Source: Dehalococcoidia bacterium (GTDB taxonomy: Bacteria > Chloroflexota > Dehalococcoidia > UBA2979). From it: a stretch of 64,000 nt of DNA. The DNA is taken from contig OZ244720.1 of the NCBI GenBank assembly GCA_965219085.1, positions 1,312,001 to 1,376,000 on the forward strand, in the 5' to 3' direction. The notes under the pieces were generated by a model. It was not told the origin of the DNA and did not search any database. It was given only the letters and a program-made list of their open reading frames with translations. Shown here piece by piece: positions 46,968 to 57,072 of the stretch. Made by a program: the position numbers and the translations under genes. Numbering within the stretch: the stretch's first letter is position 1; each line of letters opens with the position of its first letter.

Positions 46968-47059
46968 GCAAGGCACCCAACACGCGGCCCCCACTGGTGG
47001 CCGGCTAGTACACCCAGGCAGAGTCACCCACGGGGTTCGGGGAGAGACGGGAGCGGGAC

Positions 47060-48259
47060 ATGGCGCGAGGGAAGTTCGAGCGGACGAAGCCGCACGCCAA
47101 CGTCGGGACGATTGGTCACGTCGACCACGGCAAGACGACGCTCACGGCGGCGATGACGAAGGTGCTGGCGCTGCGCGGCGAAGCCGAGTTCCGGGAGTTC
47201 GACTCGATCGACAACGCCCCGGAAGAGAAGGCGCGCGGGATCACGATCGCGATCGCCCACGTCGAGTACGAGACCGACGCCCGTCACTACGCACACGTCG
47301 ACTGCCCCGGGCACGCCGACTACATCAAGAACATGATCACCGGCGCCGCGCAGATGGACGGCGCGATCCTCGTCGTCGCGGCGCCCGACGGCCCGATGCC
47401 GCAGACGCGCGAGCACCTGCTGCTGGCGCGCCAGGTCGAGGTCCCGGCGGTCGTGGTCTTCCTCAACAAGGTCGACATGATGGACGACGAGGAGCTCTTG
47501 GAGCTCGTCGAGCTGGAGATGCAGGACCTGCTCACCACCTACGAGTTCCCCGGCGACGACGTGCCGATCATCCGCGGCTCGGCGCTACAGGCGCTCGAGT
47601 CGACCTCGGAGGACCCCGACGCGCCGGAGTACGAGTGCATCTGGCAGCTCATGGAGGCGGTCGACAACTACATCCCGCAGCCGGCGCGCCCGAAGGACGA
47701 GCCGTTCCTGATGCCGATCGAAGATGTGTTCGGCATCAAGGGCCGCGGCACGGTCGTGACCGGGCGCATCGAGCGCGGCGTGGTGGCCGTGGGCGACTCG
47801 GTGGAGATCGTGGGCATCAAGGAGACCGAGACGACGGTCGTGACCGGCGTCGAGATGTTCAAGAAGCTGCTCGACACAGGTGAGGCCGGCGACAACGTCG
47901 GCTGCCTGCTGCGCGGCGTGGACCGCGAGGACGTCGAGCGTGGTCAGGTGCTGGCGCAGCCGGGCTCGATTACCCCGCACCGCAAGTTCAGTGGCGAGGT
48001 GTACGTGCTCTCCAAGGAGGAGGGTGGGCGGCACACGCCGTTCTTCACCGGCTACCGGCCGCAGTTCTACGTGCGCACGACCGACGTGACGGGCGTGGTG
48101 ACGCTGCCGAGCGGCACCGAGATGGTGATGCCCGGCGACAACGTGACGGTGGACATCGAGCTGATCACGCCGATTGCGATCGAGGATGGGCTGCGCTTCG
48201 CGATTCGCGAGGGCGGCCGCACCGTCGGCGCAGGCGTCGTCACCGGTATCAACGAGTAG
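47060..48259 (+). CDS. tuf: elongation factor Tu
   Basis: [31 protein letters not shown]. Confidence 0.99.
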   Translation: MARGKFERTKPHANVGTIGHVDHGKTTLTAAMTKVLALRGEAEFREFDSIDNAPEEKARGITIAIAHVEYETDARHYAHVDCPGHADYIKNMITGAAQMDGAILVVAAPDGPMPQTREHLLLARQVEVPAVVVFLNKVDMMDDEELLELVELEMQDLLTTYEFPGDDVPIIRGSALQALESTSEDPDAPEYECIWQLMEAVDNYIPQPARPKDEPFLMPIEDVFGIKGRGTVVTGRIERGVVAVGDSVEIVGIKETETTVVTGVEMFKKLLDTGEAGDNVGCLLRGVDREDVERGQVLAQPGSITPHRKFSGEVYVLSKEEGGRHTPFFTGYRPQFYVRTTDVTGVVTLPSGTEMVMPGDNVTVDIELITPIAIEDGLRFAIREGGRTVGAGVVTGINE

Positions 48260-48281
48260 CAGCGCACGGGGGTCGTGAGCC

Positions 48282-48443
48282 ATGGCCAAGGGGGACCGGG
48301 AACACATCTCGCTGGCGTGCGGGACGTGCCGGAGCCGCAACTACCACACCAAGAAGAACCGGCGAAACGACCCGGACCGCATCGAGCTGCGCAAGTACTG
48401 CCCTCGCTGCCGGTCGCACCAGCTGCACCGCCAGACGCGGTAA
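48282..48443 (+). CDS. rpmG: 50S ribosomal protein L33, zinc-binding form (not in ORF track)
   Basis: [43 protein letters not shown]. Confidence 0.97.
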   Translation: MAKGDREHISLACGTCRSRNYHTKKNRRNDPDRIELRKYCPRCRSHQLHRQTR

Positions 48444-48470
48444 CCTGCGCGGGCGGTAGGGAGCACGACA

Positions 48471-48791
48471 ATGGGTCGAGCGCTGCGCAGACAGCAGGAG
48501 CGCGCCCAACGGCGGCAGCAGCGCCAGCAGCAGCGTCCGTCGCGCGGCGGGCGACCGCCGGTCAGCGTCTCAGGCCCCGCCACGGCCGAAGGCCGCGGCG
48601 GCGGGCGGCGCTGGGTGCCGCGCTGGATCTCGGACATCGTCAGCGAGCTGCGCAAGGTCACGTGGCCAACCCGCCACGAGGTCGGCTACCTCACGCTGGT
48701 GGTGATAATCGTCTCGATCTTCTTCGGCGCCATCCTTGGCGTCGCCGACCTGGGCTTCAACTGGATCATCGAGAGCACGGTGCTGCGCTAG
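48471..48791 (+). CDS. secE: preprotein translocase SecE
   Basis: ELRKVTWP followed by TM helix. Confidence 0.95.
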   Translation: MGRALRRQQERAQRRQQRQQQRPSRGGRPPVSVSGPATAEGRGGGRRWVPRWISDIVSELRKVTWPTRHEVGYLTLVVIIVSIFFGAILGVADLGFNWIIESTVLR

Positions 48792-48867
48792 GAGACGCGC
48801 AGGCCAAACGGGAATGGCGCGGAGCGCTCATCGGCCATACCGGGCCGGGGCGCGCGCAGGGGGCCTC

Positions 48868-49542
48868 ATGACGACTGAGCAGGGACGGAACCGCGACGGG
48901 ACTATCGGCGGCGTCCTCACGCCTGCCGCGCACCCGCCGCCGCCCAACCCCTACACCGCGAGCCTCGCCGAGGCGGCGGACGAACCAGAGGTCGTCGCGG
49001 CGGACGACGACCGCGCCTGGTACATCATCCAGACGTACTCCGGCTATGAGAACAAGGTGAAGAAGAACCTCGACCAGCGCGTCAAGCAGATAGACCTGGG
49101 CGACCGCATCTTCCAGGTCGTGATCCCGACCGAGGAAGAGATCGAGATCCGCGACGGCCAGCGCCGCACGGTCTCCAAGAAGCTCTTCCCCGGCTACGTG
49201 CTCATCCAGATGCTGATGGAGGACGAGGCCTGGAGCCTGGTCCGCAACACTCCCGGGGTCACCGGCTTCGCCGGCGGCAACGAGGAGGAGGGCTCGCGCC
49301 CCGTACCCCTGGACGACGAGGAGGCGGGGCGGATCCTGCGCCAGATGGACGCGGGCACCCCGCGCATCAACGTCGGCTTCTCGGTCGGCGAGTCGGTGCG
49401 GGTCATCGACGGGCCGTTCATCGACTTCGTGGGGCAGGTGGACGACATCAACCTGGACAAGGGCAAGGTACGCGTGTTGGTCTCGATGTTCGGCCGCGAG
49501 ACGCCGGTCGAGCTCGACTTCCTGCAGGTCGAGAAGCAGTAG
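48868..49542 (+). CDS. nusG: transcription factor NusG
   Basis: [42 protein letters not shown]. Confidence 0.97.
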   Translation: MTTEQGRNRDGTIGGVLTPAAHPPPPNPYTASLAEAADEPEVVAADDDRAWYIIQTYSGYENKVKKNLDQRVKQIDLGDRIFQVVIPTEEEIEIRDGQRRTVSKKLFPGYVLIQMLMEDEAWSLVRNTPGVTGFAGGNEEEGSRPVPLDDEEAGRILRQMDAGTPRINVGFSVGESVRVIDGPFIDFVGQVDDINLDKGKVRVLVSMFGRETPVELDFLQVEKQ

Positions 49543-49567
49543 GACCCGAAGCGGGGAGGCACAAGCG

Positions 49568-49990
49568 ATGGCGAAGCGCGTTCGCGCGGTGGTGAAGCTG
49601 CAAATCCCGGCCGGGCGGGCGAACCCCGCGCCGCCTGTGGGTACGGCGCTGGGCCCCCACGGCATCAACATCATGGACTTCTGCAAGACGTACAACGCCC
49701 GCACGCAGGCGCAGTCCGGCCAGATCATCCCGGCCATCATCACGATCTTCGAGGACCGCTCGTTCACCTTCGAGCTGCGCACGCCGCCCGCCTCGGACCT
49801 GCTGCGCAAGGCGGCAGGCGTCGACAAGGGCGCTGAGAGCCAGCTCACCGAGGTCGTGGGCGAGGTCACCGCCGCGCAGGTGCGCGAGATCGCGGAGACC
49901 AAGCTGCCGGACCTCAACACCGACGACATCGACCAGGCTATGAAGATCATCGAGGGCACCGCGCGCTCGATGGGAATCGAGGTCAACTAG
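49568..49990 (+). CDS. rplK: 50S ribosomal protein L11
   Basis: [24 protein letters not shown]. Confidence 0.98.
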   Translation: MAKRVRAVVKLQIPAGRANPAPPVGTALGPHGINIMDFCKTYNARTQAQSGQIIPAIITIFEDRSFTFELRTPPASDLLRKAAGVDKGAESQLTEVVGEVTAAQVREIAETKLPDLNTDDIDQAMKIIEGTARSMGIEVN

Positions 49991-49992
49991 CG

Positions 49993-50709
49993 ATGCCGAA
50001 GCGAGGCAAGCGCTACCGAGCCGCCAACGACCAGATCGACGCCGACCGCCTCTACGAACCCAACGAGGCGCTGGGCGTCGTGCGGAAGAGCGCGCCCGCG
50101 AAGTTCGACGAGACCGTGGAGCTGCACCTCCGGACAGGCCTCGACGGCCGCCACGCGGAGCAGCAGATCCGCGGCTCCGTGACCCTCCCGCACGGCCTCG
50201 GCCGTGAGCAGAAGGTGATCGTCTTCGCCGAGGGCGAGGCGGTCTCCCAGGCCCTGGAGGCGGGCGCCGACGAGGCTGGCGCCGACGAGCTGATCGCGCG
50301 CGTCGCCGACGGCTGGACGGATTTCGATGTCGCCATCGCGCAGCGCGAGCTGATGGGGAAGGTCGGCCGGCTGGGCCGCATCCTCGGTCCGCGCGGGCTG
50401 ATGCCGAACCCGCGCAACAACACCGTGATGGACGCGGCCAACATCCCGCGCGCGGTGCAAGAGGGCAAGTCCGGTCGCGTCGAGTTCCGGCTGGACCGCA
50501 CGAACCTGGTGCACATGGCGCTGGGCAAGGTGTCGTTCAGCGACGAGCAGCTGTCGGAAAACCTCGTCGCGATCATGGCCGAGATCGTGAAGGCGCGCCC
50601 GTCCGACATCAAAGGCCAGTACATCCGCGCCGCCACCCTGACCTCCACGATGGGGCCCGGCGTGCATGTGGACGTCCAGCCGCTGCTGGCGCTCGCCGCG
50701 GAGACATAG
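49993..50709 (+). CDS. rplA: 50S ribosomal protein L1
   Basis: KFDETVE, LPHG.G, LGPRGLMPNP, STMGPG. Confidence 0.98.
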   Translation: MPKRGKRYRAANDQIDADRLYEPNEALGVVRKSAPAKFDETVELHLRTGLDGRHAEQQIRGSVTLPHGLGREQKVIVFAEGEAVSQALEAGADEAGADELIARVADGWTDFDVAIAQRELMGKVGRLGRILGPRGLMPNPRNNTVMDAANIPRAVQEGKSGRVEFRLDRTNLVHMALGKVSFSDEQLSENLVAIMAEIVKARPSDIKGQYIRAATLTSTMGPGVHVDVQPLLALAAET

Positions 50710-50744
50710 CAGACTAACGCGAGCGCCCCGCACAGACGGGGCGC

Positions 50745-50817
50745 GCCGCCGGAGACCACGGGTCCGCCGGGCCAAACGCCCGGCGGGTAATGGCAAGAGG
50801 CCACCCGTGCAGGTGGG
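50745..50817 (+). promoter_or_regulatory. L10 leader (ribosomal protein autoregulatory RNA)
   Basis: ccggagac-cacgggt...taa...acccgtg-caggt between rplA and rplJ matches the L10-leader layout. Confidence 0.65.
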
Positions 50818-50937
50818 ACGAGTTGCAGGCTGCGCGCGAGAGCCCTCGCGCCGTGCCGGTGACGCCCTCCCACCGCGTGGTGGCGAGGGCGTTTTGCTTG
50901 CAGCCGCGCAACAGGTCGCGGCCGGAACGGGGGCAGC

Positions 50938-51471
50938 GTGCCGACGGAGCGCAAGATCGCGCTGGTCGCCGAGATCAAGGCGCTGATCGAGGAATCCGAG
51001 ATCGCCATCGGCATGGCCTACCAGGGCATGCCGGTCACGGAGCAGACGCAGCTGCGCCGCCAACTGCAAGAGGTCGGCGTCTCGCTGCGCGTAGTGAAGA
51101 ACTCGCTGCTGCTGCGCGCCGCCGACGAGGCCGGGAGCGAGGCGCACCGCGCGCTCGCCGACGGGCCGACGGCGCTGGTCACGCACCCGGACGACCCGGT
51201 GGCTGCCGCCCGCGCGGTCGCGAACTGGCGGCGCGAGCACCTCGACACGCCGTTCGAGGTGCGCAAGGCTGTCCTCGGCGGCGAGGTGGTCGACGCGGCG
51301 TACGTGATGGACCTCGCCACGGTGCCGCCGCGCGACGTGCTGCTCGGCAGGCTCGCCGGCGGGCTGACGGCCAAGATCACGGAGCTGGTGCTGCTGCTGC
51401 AGGCGTCGACCCGCGACCTCGCGGGCCTGATCGACGCGCGGGCGCAGCAGCTCGAAGAAGCAGGGGCATAA
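50938..51471 (+). CDS. rplJ: 50S ribosomal protein L10
   Basis: Y.G..V.....[12 protein letters not shown]; synteny. Confidence 0.95.
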   Translation: MPTERKIALVAEIKALIEESEIAIGMAYQGMPVTEQTQLRRQLQEVGVSLRVVKNSLLLRAADEAGSEAHRALADGPTALVTHPDDPVAAARAVANWRREHLDTPFEVRKAVLGGEVVDAAYVMDLATVPPRDVLLGRLAGGLTAKITELVLLLQASTRDLAGLIDARAQQLEEAGA

Positions 51472-51530
51472 CCCGGCGCCACCGATCCCGCGACAGCGGG
51501 CGGCGCCGGCAGGCTGGGAGGAGCAAGACA

Positions 51531-51917
51531 ATGGCCAAGGTGGAAGACGCGCTCGACATCATCCGGGGCATGACCCTGCTCGAGCTGCGCGACCTCAACA
51601 AGGCGATCGAGGACGAGTTCGGCGTGACCGCCGCCGCGCCGGTGGCGATGGCCATGGCGCCCACCAACGGCGACGGCGCCAACGGCGCCGCCCCGGTCGA
51701 GGAACAGATCGAGTGGGACGTGGTGCTCACGGACTTCGGCGCGAACAAGATCAACGTGATCAAGGCCGTCCGCGAGCTCACCTCGCTGGGTCTGAAGGAC
51801 GCCAAGGACGTCGTCGAGGCCGCGCCCAGGGCCATCCGCGAAGCCATCACCAGGGACGAGGCAGACGCGGCCAAGACCAAGCTCGAGGAAGCCGGCGCAA
51901 CCGTCGAGCTGAAGTAG
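51531..51917 (+). CDS. rplL: 50S ribosomal protein L7/L12
   Basis: [38 protein letters not shown]. Confidence 0.98.
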   Translation: MAKVEDALDIIRGMTLLELRDLNKAIEDEFGVTAAAPVAMAMAPTNGDGANGAAPVEEQIEWDVVLTDFGANKINVIKAVRELTSLGLKDAKDVVEAAPRAIREAITRDEADAAKTKLEEAGATVELK

Positions 51918-51986
51918 CCGGCGCCCTCCTCGCGGCGCTCCCGCCGTCCGCCACGGATCGCTGGGAACGCATGCTAGGCTCGTACG

Positions 51987-52634
51987 GTGGAGTGTTTCCT
52001 GTGCGAGCGTGACGCCACGCACGAGTGCGCTCGCTGTGGTGCGCTGTACTGCGACGCCCACGGCGACGCCCTCTGCGAGCGCTGCTCGGATCCCGAGCTC
52101 GCCCTGCCCTCGCACCGCCTCTACCGCGGAGCACTGCTCGCGCTCTTCGCGGGCAGCATCTTCGCGTTGTGGCTGCTGATCCGCCCGCCGGGCGACGGGC
52201 CCGGCCTGGCCAGCCCGCCGATCACGCCCGTCGTCGGGCCCGCGACGATCGTGCTTGCGCCGGACTCCTCGCCCACGCCGACGCCGACCGGGCAACCTGC
52301 CGACGCCTCGCCCGCGCCGACGCGGACCGCAGCGCCCGATGCCACTTCGACGCCCACTCCCTCGGCGTCGCCCAGCCTAACGCCCTCACCCACGGCGACT
52401 CCGTCGCCAACACCGCCGCCGACCCCCTCGTCAGGTCCGACTCCGACGCCGTCGCCCACGCCCTACCTCGAGTACACCGTGGAGGCGGACGACATTTTCA
52501 GCGCCATCGTGTCGAGGTTCCTCCCCGACGATGCGGACTACGGGGAGTTCGCCGCACGTATCATCGACATCAACAACATCCAAAACGCCGCTTCCCTGAG
52601 CATCGGACAAGTGCTGCAGATCCCACTCGAATGA
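51987..52634 (+). CDS. LysM membrane protein with N-terminal Cys-rich finger and Pro/Thr linker
   Basis: CxxC..CxxC..CxxH..CxxC, TM, PT repeats, YTV...D....I / N.I....L.IGQ.L.IP. Confidence 0.85.
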   Translation: MECFLCERDATHECARCGALYCDAHGDALCERCSDPELALPSHRLYRGALLALFAGSIFALWLLIRPPGDGPGLASPPITPVVGPATIVLAPDSSPTPTPTGQPADASPAPTRTAAPDATSTPTPSASPSLTPSPTATPSPTPPPTPSSGPTPTPSPTPYLEYTVEADDIFSAIVSRFLPDDADYGEFAARIIDINNIQNAASLSIGQVLQIPLE

Positions 52635-52680
52635 CGATGACCTCGAACCGTCGAACCACCCCCGGCATGCGGAGCGCCCG

Positions 52681-53481
52681 ATGACACAACCACCCGTCGA
52701 CCGCGACCCATACGCCGTCCTCGGCGTGCCACGTGATGCATCGCGCGATGCGATCCGGCAGGCGCACCGCGAACTGAGTGCCTACCACGCCTCCGGCCAC
52801 GCCGGCGACGACGCCGAGCGGCGGCTGGAGGAGGTCAACGCAGCCTACGAGGTGCTCTCGAGCCCATCGCGCAGGCGCAGCTACGACCAGTCGGTATCGC
52901 AGGCAGCCGAGGCGGCGCCTGAGGCCAGGCCGGCAGCCAAACCCACCGAGCCCGCGCCGTTCGCCATGAGCATGCCGGACCGCCGCGAGGAGACCTTCCG
53001 CTACGAGCTCGTCGGCGAGAACACCGAGCACCGCCGGACGCTGCAGCGCATGCTCCTGATGTACGGCCCGCTCACCCTCGCCGCGATCGCAGTCCTGATG
53101 GTGCCGCTGTCGAGTCTCCTTGGCGGCAGATACGGGGCGGTGATCCCGCTCACGATCATCGCCGTGGTCGTGCTCGCGCTCGCATTCCAGGCGGTCATGG
53201 CGTTGCGCGACCTGCGAGCCGAGCCGCTGTTCACGCGCGGCGAGGTGCAGCGCTCGTGGACCAAGGGTGGGCTGCTCTGGTTCTTCCGCTCGCACTTCGT
53301 GATGGTGAACCGCCAGGTCTTCGTCGTGCCGCCGGAGATGTGGGTGCGCATCGGCGAGGGTGAGATCGTCGAGGCGCACCACTGGCCTCACACCCGCACC
53401 GTGATCCGCATGATCCTGCTGCACGGCAGCGACGAGGAACTCGGCGCCCTCGACCCCGAGAGGCCCACGGTCCCGCTGTGA
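52681..53481 (+). CDS. J-domain-like membrane protein (HPD degenerate)
   Basis: DPY.VLGV..DAS...I..A, VNAAYEVLS....R.YD; HAS in place of HPD; two TM. Confidence 0.8.
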   Translation: MTQPPVDRDPYAVLGVPRDASRDAIRQAHRELSAYHASGHAGDDAERRLEEVNAAYEVLSSPSRRRSYDQSVSQAAEAAPEARPAAKPTEPAPFAMSMPDRREETFRYELVGENTEHRRTLQRMLLMYGPLTLAAIAVLMVPLSSLLGGRYGAVIPLTIIAVVVLALAFQAVMALRDLRAEPLFTRGEVQRSWTKGGLLWFFRSHFVMVNRQVFVVPPEMWVRIGEGEIVEAHHWPHTRTVIRMILLHGSDEELGALDPERPTVPL

Positions 53482-54083
53482 TCCCCCGCCGCGCGGGCGC
53501 GGTGCTCGCCCCCGCCGTGCTCATCGGGCTCGTCGTGTGGGGCATCCAGCAGGCAACGTGGGGCGGCCCCGGTCGCCCGACCCAGCGGTACGAGTTCTAC
53601 CCGCCGTTCCGGATGGTCTGGGTCGAGGAGGACGCCCGCGGCGAGTTCTACACCATCGAGCTGATGTGGCGCGGCTCCCGTTCGTGGACCACGGTGCTGC
53701 GCGCGAGCTCGGCGGATCCGCGCTCCGTCGGGCGCACGGGGACGTGGGACGGCGTAACCCTCACGAGCGACGACCCGGTGCAGGGGCGAGAGACGTACAA
53801 GCCCGAACTCACCGTGGATGCGCCGCTGGTACCCGCCCAGTGGTTGCTTGCGTCGCGCTACTCGCCGGACGACGGGTGGGAGCCGCTCGGCCTCGATGCC
53901 GACGGCAACGAGCGCTTCCGCAAGACCGAGACCCGCGGGGGCCAACAGCGCACGATCGTCCGCACCCGCGACCCGGCGACCTGGCTGGTCGTGGCGAGCA
54001 CCACGACCGTCGATGGGGAGCACGTGAACGCCGTGCGGGTCATCGATCTCGAGATCCTGCCGCGGCCGGCGAGCTATCCCTGA
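53478..54083 (+). CDS. hypothetical membrane-anchored protein
   Basis: GTGA overlap with upstream gene; N-terminal hydrophobic segment. Confidence 0.65.
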   Translation: MIPRRAGAVLAPAVLIGLVVWGIQQATWGGPGRPTQRYEFYPPFRMVWVEEDARGEFYTIELMWRGSRSWTTVLRASSADPRSVGRTGTWDGVTLTSDDPVQGRETYKPELTVDAPLVPAQWLLASRYSPDDGWEPLGLDADGNERFRKTETRGGQQRTIVRTRDPATWLVVASTTTVDGEHVNAVRVIDLEILPRPASYP

Positions 54084-54117
54084 GCCGGGTCTTTCCCATC
54101 GTCATGCGCCTGACGTC

Positions 54118-54147
54118 TTGACCAGTACCGCACGTTCGTTCTATAAC
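54118..54147 (+). promoter_or_regulatory. radC promoter with near-consensus LexA box
   Basis: TTGACC-18-TATAAC enclosing GCAC-N4-GTTC (54130-54141). Confidence 0.55.
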
Positions 54148-54180
54148 GAGGCTCCCACCACCGGTTGAGGAGCTTTGCCC

Positions 54181-54903
54181 GTGAGCGAGTCCCCGCCCGG
54201 CGCCCAGGCGTCGGCGTACCAGCCGCGCGTGGCCGAGATGCCGGCCACGGACCGGCCCCGCGAGCGCCTCGAACGGCTCGGGCCACAGGCGCTCACGAGC
54301 GCCGAGTTGCTTGCCATCCTGCTGCGCACCGGCACGGCCGAGGAAGGCGTGCTGCAGCTCGCCTCGCGGCTGCTGCAGGACCAGGGCGGCCTGCGCGGCC
54401 TCGCCGCCGCCGACCTGCCGACGCTCGCGCGCACGCGCGGCGTGCGCATCGCCAAGGCCACCACCATCGCCGCCGCGTTCGAGCTCGGCCGCCGGCTCGC
54501 CCTCGAGGGCGAGGACCTGCGCCCGCGCATCGAGGGGCCGAAGGACATCGCGCGGCAGTTGCAGGCGGAGCTGGAGCTGCTGCAACAGGAGGAGGTGCGG
54601 GTGCTCACGCTCGACACCAAGCACCACCTGCTCGGCTCGTCGATGGTGTACCGGGGCTCGCTGAACGGCGCTCCGGGGCGCGTCGCGGAGATCTTCCGTG
54701 AGGCGGTGCGCCGCAACGCGTGGGCCGTGGCAGTGGCCCACAACCACCCATCGGGCGATCCGGCGCCGAGCGTCAACGACGTCGAGTTCACGCGGGACCT
54801 GGTCGACGCCGGCGCGTTGCTCGACATCGAGGTGCTCGACCATGTCGTGTTCGGGCGCGGGACGTACGTCTCCATGCGCGACCGCCGCCTCGGCTTCGAG
54901 TAG
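54181..54903 (+). CDS. radC: RadC (JAB domain) protein
   Basis: RPRERL, ELLAILLRTG, AHNHPSGD..PS..D, LDHVV.G. Confidence 0.96.
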   Translation: MSESPPGAQASAYQPRVAEMPATDRPRERLERLGPQALTSAELLAILLRTGTAEEGVLQLASRLLQDQGGLRGLAAADLPTLARTRGVRIAKATTIAAAFELGRRLALEGEDLRPRIEGPKDIARQLQAELELLQQEEVRVLTLDTKHHLLGSSMVYRGSLNGAPGRVAEIFREAVRRNAWAVAVAHNHPSGDPAPSVNDVEFTRDLVDAGALLDIEVLDHVVFGRGTYVSMRDRRLGFE

Positions 54904-54976
54904 CGCCTGGACATCGTGAACGGTGTCACGTGCTACTCTCGGTGCGTCTGCGGGGGGGGGCGCGTCGAGGCATCAC

Positions 54977-55480
54977 ATGCACTGGCTCGACCTGGTCATC
55001 ATTGCCATCATTACTTGGCTGACGTACCGCGCCTTCACGGTCGGGCTGATTCGCGAGGTGGTGACCACGGTCGCCCTCATCCTCGGCGCCGTGCTTGCCG
55101 GCCACTTCTACAGCGAACTCTCGGGCGACATCGCCTTCGCCATCGAGGACGAAACGTGGCGCGATTTCGTCGCGTTCGCCTCGATCTTCATCGGCGTGAT
55201 CGTGATCGGCCAGATCGGCGCCTCGCTGCTGCGGCGCGCCGCGTCCGTGCTACTGCTCGGGTGGGTCGACCGCGTGGGCGGCGCGGCGTTCGGGTTCGCG
55301 CAGGGGTTCCTGCTCGTTGAGGTGGCGCTGTTCGCGAGCATCACGTTCCAGATCTCCTCGGCCGTGGACGCTGCGATCGAGGCCTCGCTGTTGGCGCCGG
55401 TGTTCATCGACACCCTCCCGGTCCTGCTCGAGTTGCTCCCGAGCGAGTTCGAGTCCGCCGTCAAGATGCTGTCGACGTAG
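54977..55480 (+). CDS. CvpA family membrane protein
   Basis: M.WLD, GLIRE, DRVGGAAFG. Confidence 0.88.
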   Translation: MHWLDLVIIAIITWLTYRAFTVGLIREVVTTVALILGAVLAGHFYSELSGDIAFAIEDETWRDFVAFASIFIGVIVIGQIGASLLRRAASVLLLGWVDRVGGAAFGFAQGFLLVEVALFASITFQISSAVDAAIEASLLAPVFIDTLPVLLELLPSEFESAVKMLST

Positions 55481-55575
55481 CCCACGCTTGGCCGGCCGGC
55501 CCCGGAACGGCGCCTCGATGTGACCACGCGCGGCGGAATCCTCTACACTGCGCCGCGACGGGAGCCCACACGCGA

Positions 55576-56118
55576 GTGTCGATCCACCGCCAGGCGCTGG
55601 TCCTCAATCAGAACTACGAGCCGCTCAACGTCTGCGGCGTTCGGCGCGCGGTTGTCCTCGTGTTCGGTGGCAAGGCCGACCTCATCGAGACCGGCGAACT
55701 CTCCATCCGCGGCGTCGACCGCGAGTACCCCACCCCCTCGGTGATCCGCCTGCGCCACCCCGTGCGGCGTCCACTGCCGCAGGTGCGGCTCACGCGCCGC
55801 GAGGTCTTCGCGCGCGACCGCCAGCAGTGCCAGTACTGCGGTAAGCACGGCCACGACCTGACGCTGGACCACGTGATGCCACGCCACCGCGGCGGCCCGC
55901 ACGAGTGGGAGAACCTGGTCACGGCGTGCCGTTCCTGCAACCACCGCAAGGGTGGGCGCACGCCACGCGAGGCGCGGATGCGGCTGATGAAGGAACCGGT
56001 GAAGCCTCGCGTCACCGTCGCGCAGCTCTTCGCGCACCACCTCAACCGCTACGAGGAGTGGCGCCCGTTCCTGTTCGGCTGGCTCGACCGCGAGAGCCAG
56101 CTCGCGCTCTCAGGCTAG
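55576..56118 (+). CDS. HNH endonuclease
   Basis: LVLN..YEPL, RD...CQYCG, LDHV.PR, W.NLV.AC..CN..KG. Confidence 0.95.
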   Translation: MSIHRQALVLNQNYEPLNVCGVRRAVVLVFGGKADLIETGELSIRGVDREYPTPSVIRLRHPVRRPLPQVRLTRREVFARDRQQCQYCGKHGHDLTLDHVMPRHRGGPHEWENLVTACRSCNHRKGGRTPREARMRLMKEPVKPRVTVAQLFAHHLNRYEEWRPFLFGWLDRESQLALSG

Positions 56119-56200
56119 GCTCGCGCCCTCCACGGCTCCACCGAGGGGCCGCGGCGCGGCGCGCATCACACAACCCCCGGTGCGAGGTTCGGAGGACTGC

Positions 56201-56971
56201 ATGACGTTCTGGGACGGCAAGGTGGCGGTCGTCACCGGCGGGGGCGGCGGCATCGGCCGCGCGAGCGCGCTGCTCTTCGTCGCACGCGGCGCGCGCGTCG
56301 TCATCGCCGACCTCAAGGAGGACGGCGGCCACGAGACCGTCGAGCTTGCCGGCGGCGCGGAGCACGCGGTCTTCGTGCGCACCGACACCACCTCGGTCGA
56401 CGATGTGGCGCGGCTCATGGACGCGGCCGTCGGCGCGTTCGGCGGCATCGACGTGTTGCACAACAACGCGGCGATCATCGAGCGCTTCGACCGCGTCGAG
56501 GACGAACCGGTGGAGCGCTTCCGGCGCGTGATCGACATCAACCTCAACGGGCTGTTCATCTGCTCGAAGGCGGCGGTCCCGCACCTGCGCGCGCAGGGCG
56601 GCGGCGTGATCGTGAACATGTCGTCGATGGGCGCCGTTGGCGGGGCGAACATCCTCGCCTACTCGTCGGCGAAGGCGGGCGTGCTGGCGCTCACGCGCGG
56701 CCTGTCGCAGCAACTCGTCGCCGACGGCATCCGCGTCAACGCGATCATGCCGGGGCTCGTCGAGACCCCGATGACCGTCGACGGCCCGGCGATCGCGCGC
56801 GCCCGGCGCGAGCAGTTGCCGGTCTTCCGGCCGGAGGAGATGGCGCGCGCCGTCGCCTACGCCGCGGAGCACGAGGAGTTGACCGGCGCATTCCTCCAGT
56901 ACCTGCACACGGCGGAGGGGGTGCGTTTCGCGATGATGGAGCCGTGGACGTGGGAGCCCCTGGAGCTGTAG
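56201..56971 (+). CDS. SDR family oxidoreductase
   Basis: TGGGGGIG, NNAA, YSSAK. Confidence 0.95.
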   Translation: MTFWDGKVAVVTGGGGGIGRASALLFVARGARVVIADLKEDGGHETVELAGGAEHAVFVRTDTTSVDDVARLMDAAVGAFGGIDVLHNNAAIIERFDRVEDEPVERFRRVIDINLNGLFICSKAAVPHLRAQGGGVIVNMSSMGAVGGANILAYSSAKAGVLALTRGLSQQLVADGIRVNAIMPGLVETPMTVDGPAIARARREQLPVFRPEEMARAVAYAAEHEELTGAFLQYLHTAEGVRFAMMEPWTWEPLEL

Positions 56972-57072
56972 CCGCGTTACACTGCGCGCCCAGCGACCCT
57001 CGGCGCTTCCGGCCCGCGTCGCTGACGCACGATCGAGGAACGGCGCATCGAGCGCGCGATGGGAGGTCCGGC

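Noticed and set aside
52275-52462. Pro/Thr-codon repeats as a DNA repeat element
   Set aside because: Explained by the low-complexity stalk of the LysM protein.
55576-56118. HNH gene as a homing or RNA-guided (IscB-like) nuclease
   Set aside because: No RuvC or PLMP motifs and no room for a flanking RNA; it matches the common stand-alone chromosomal HNH type.
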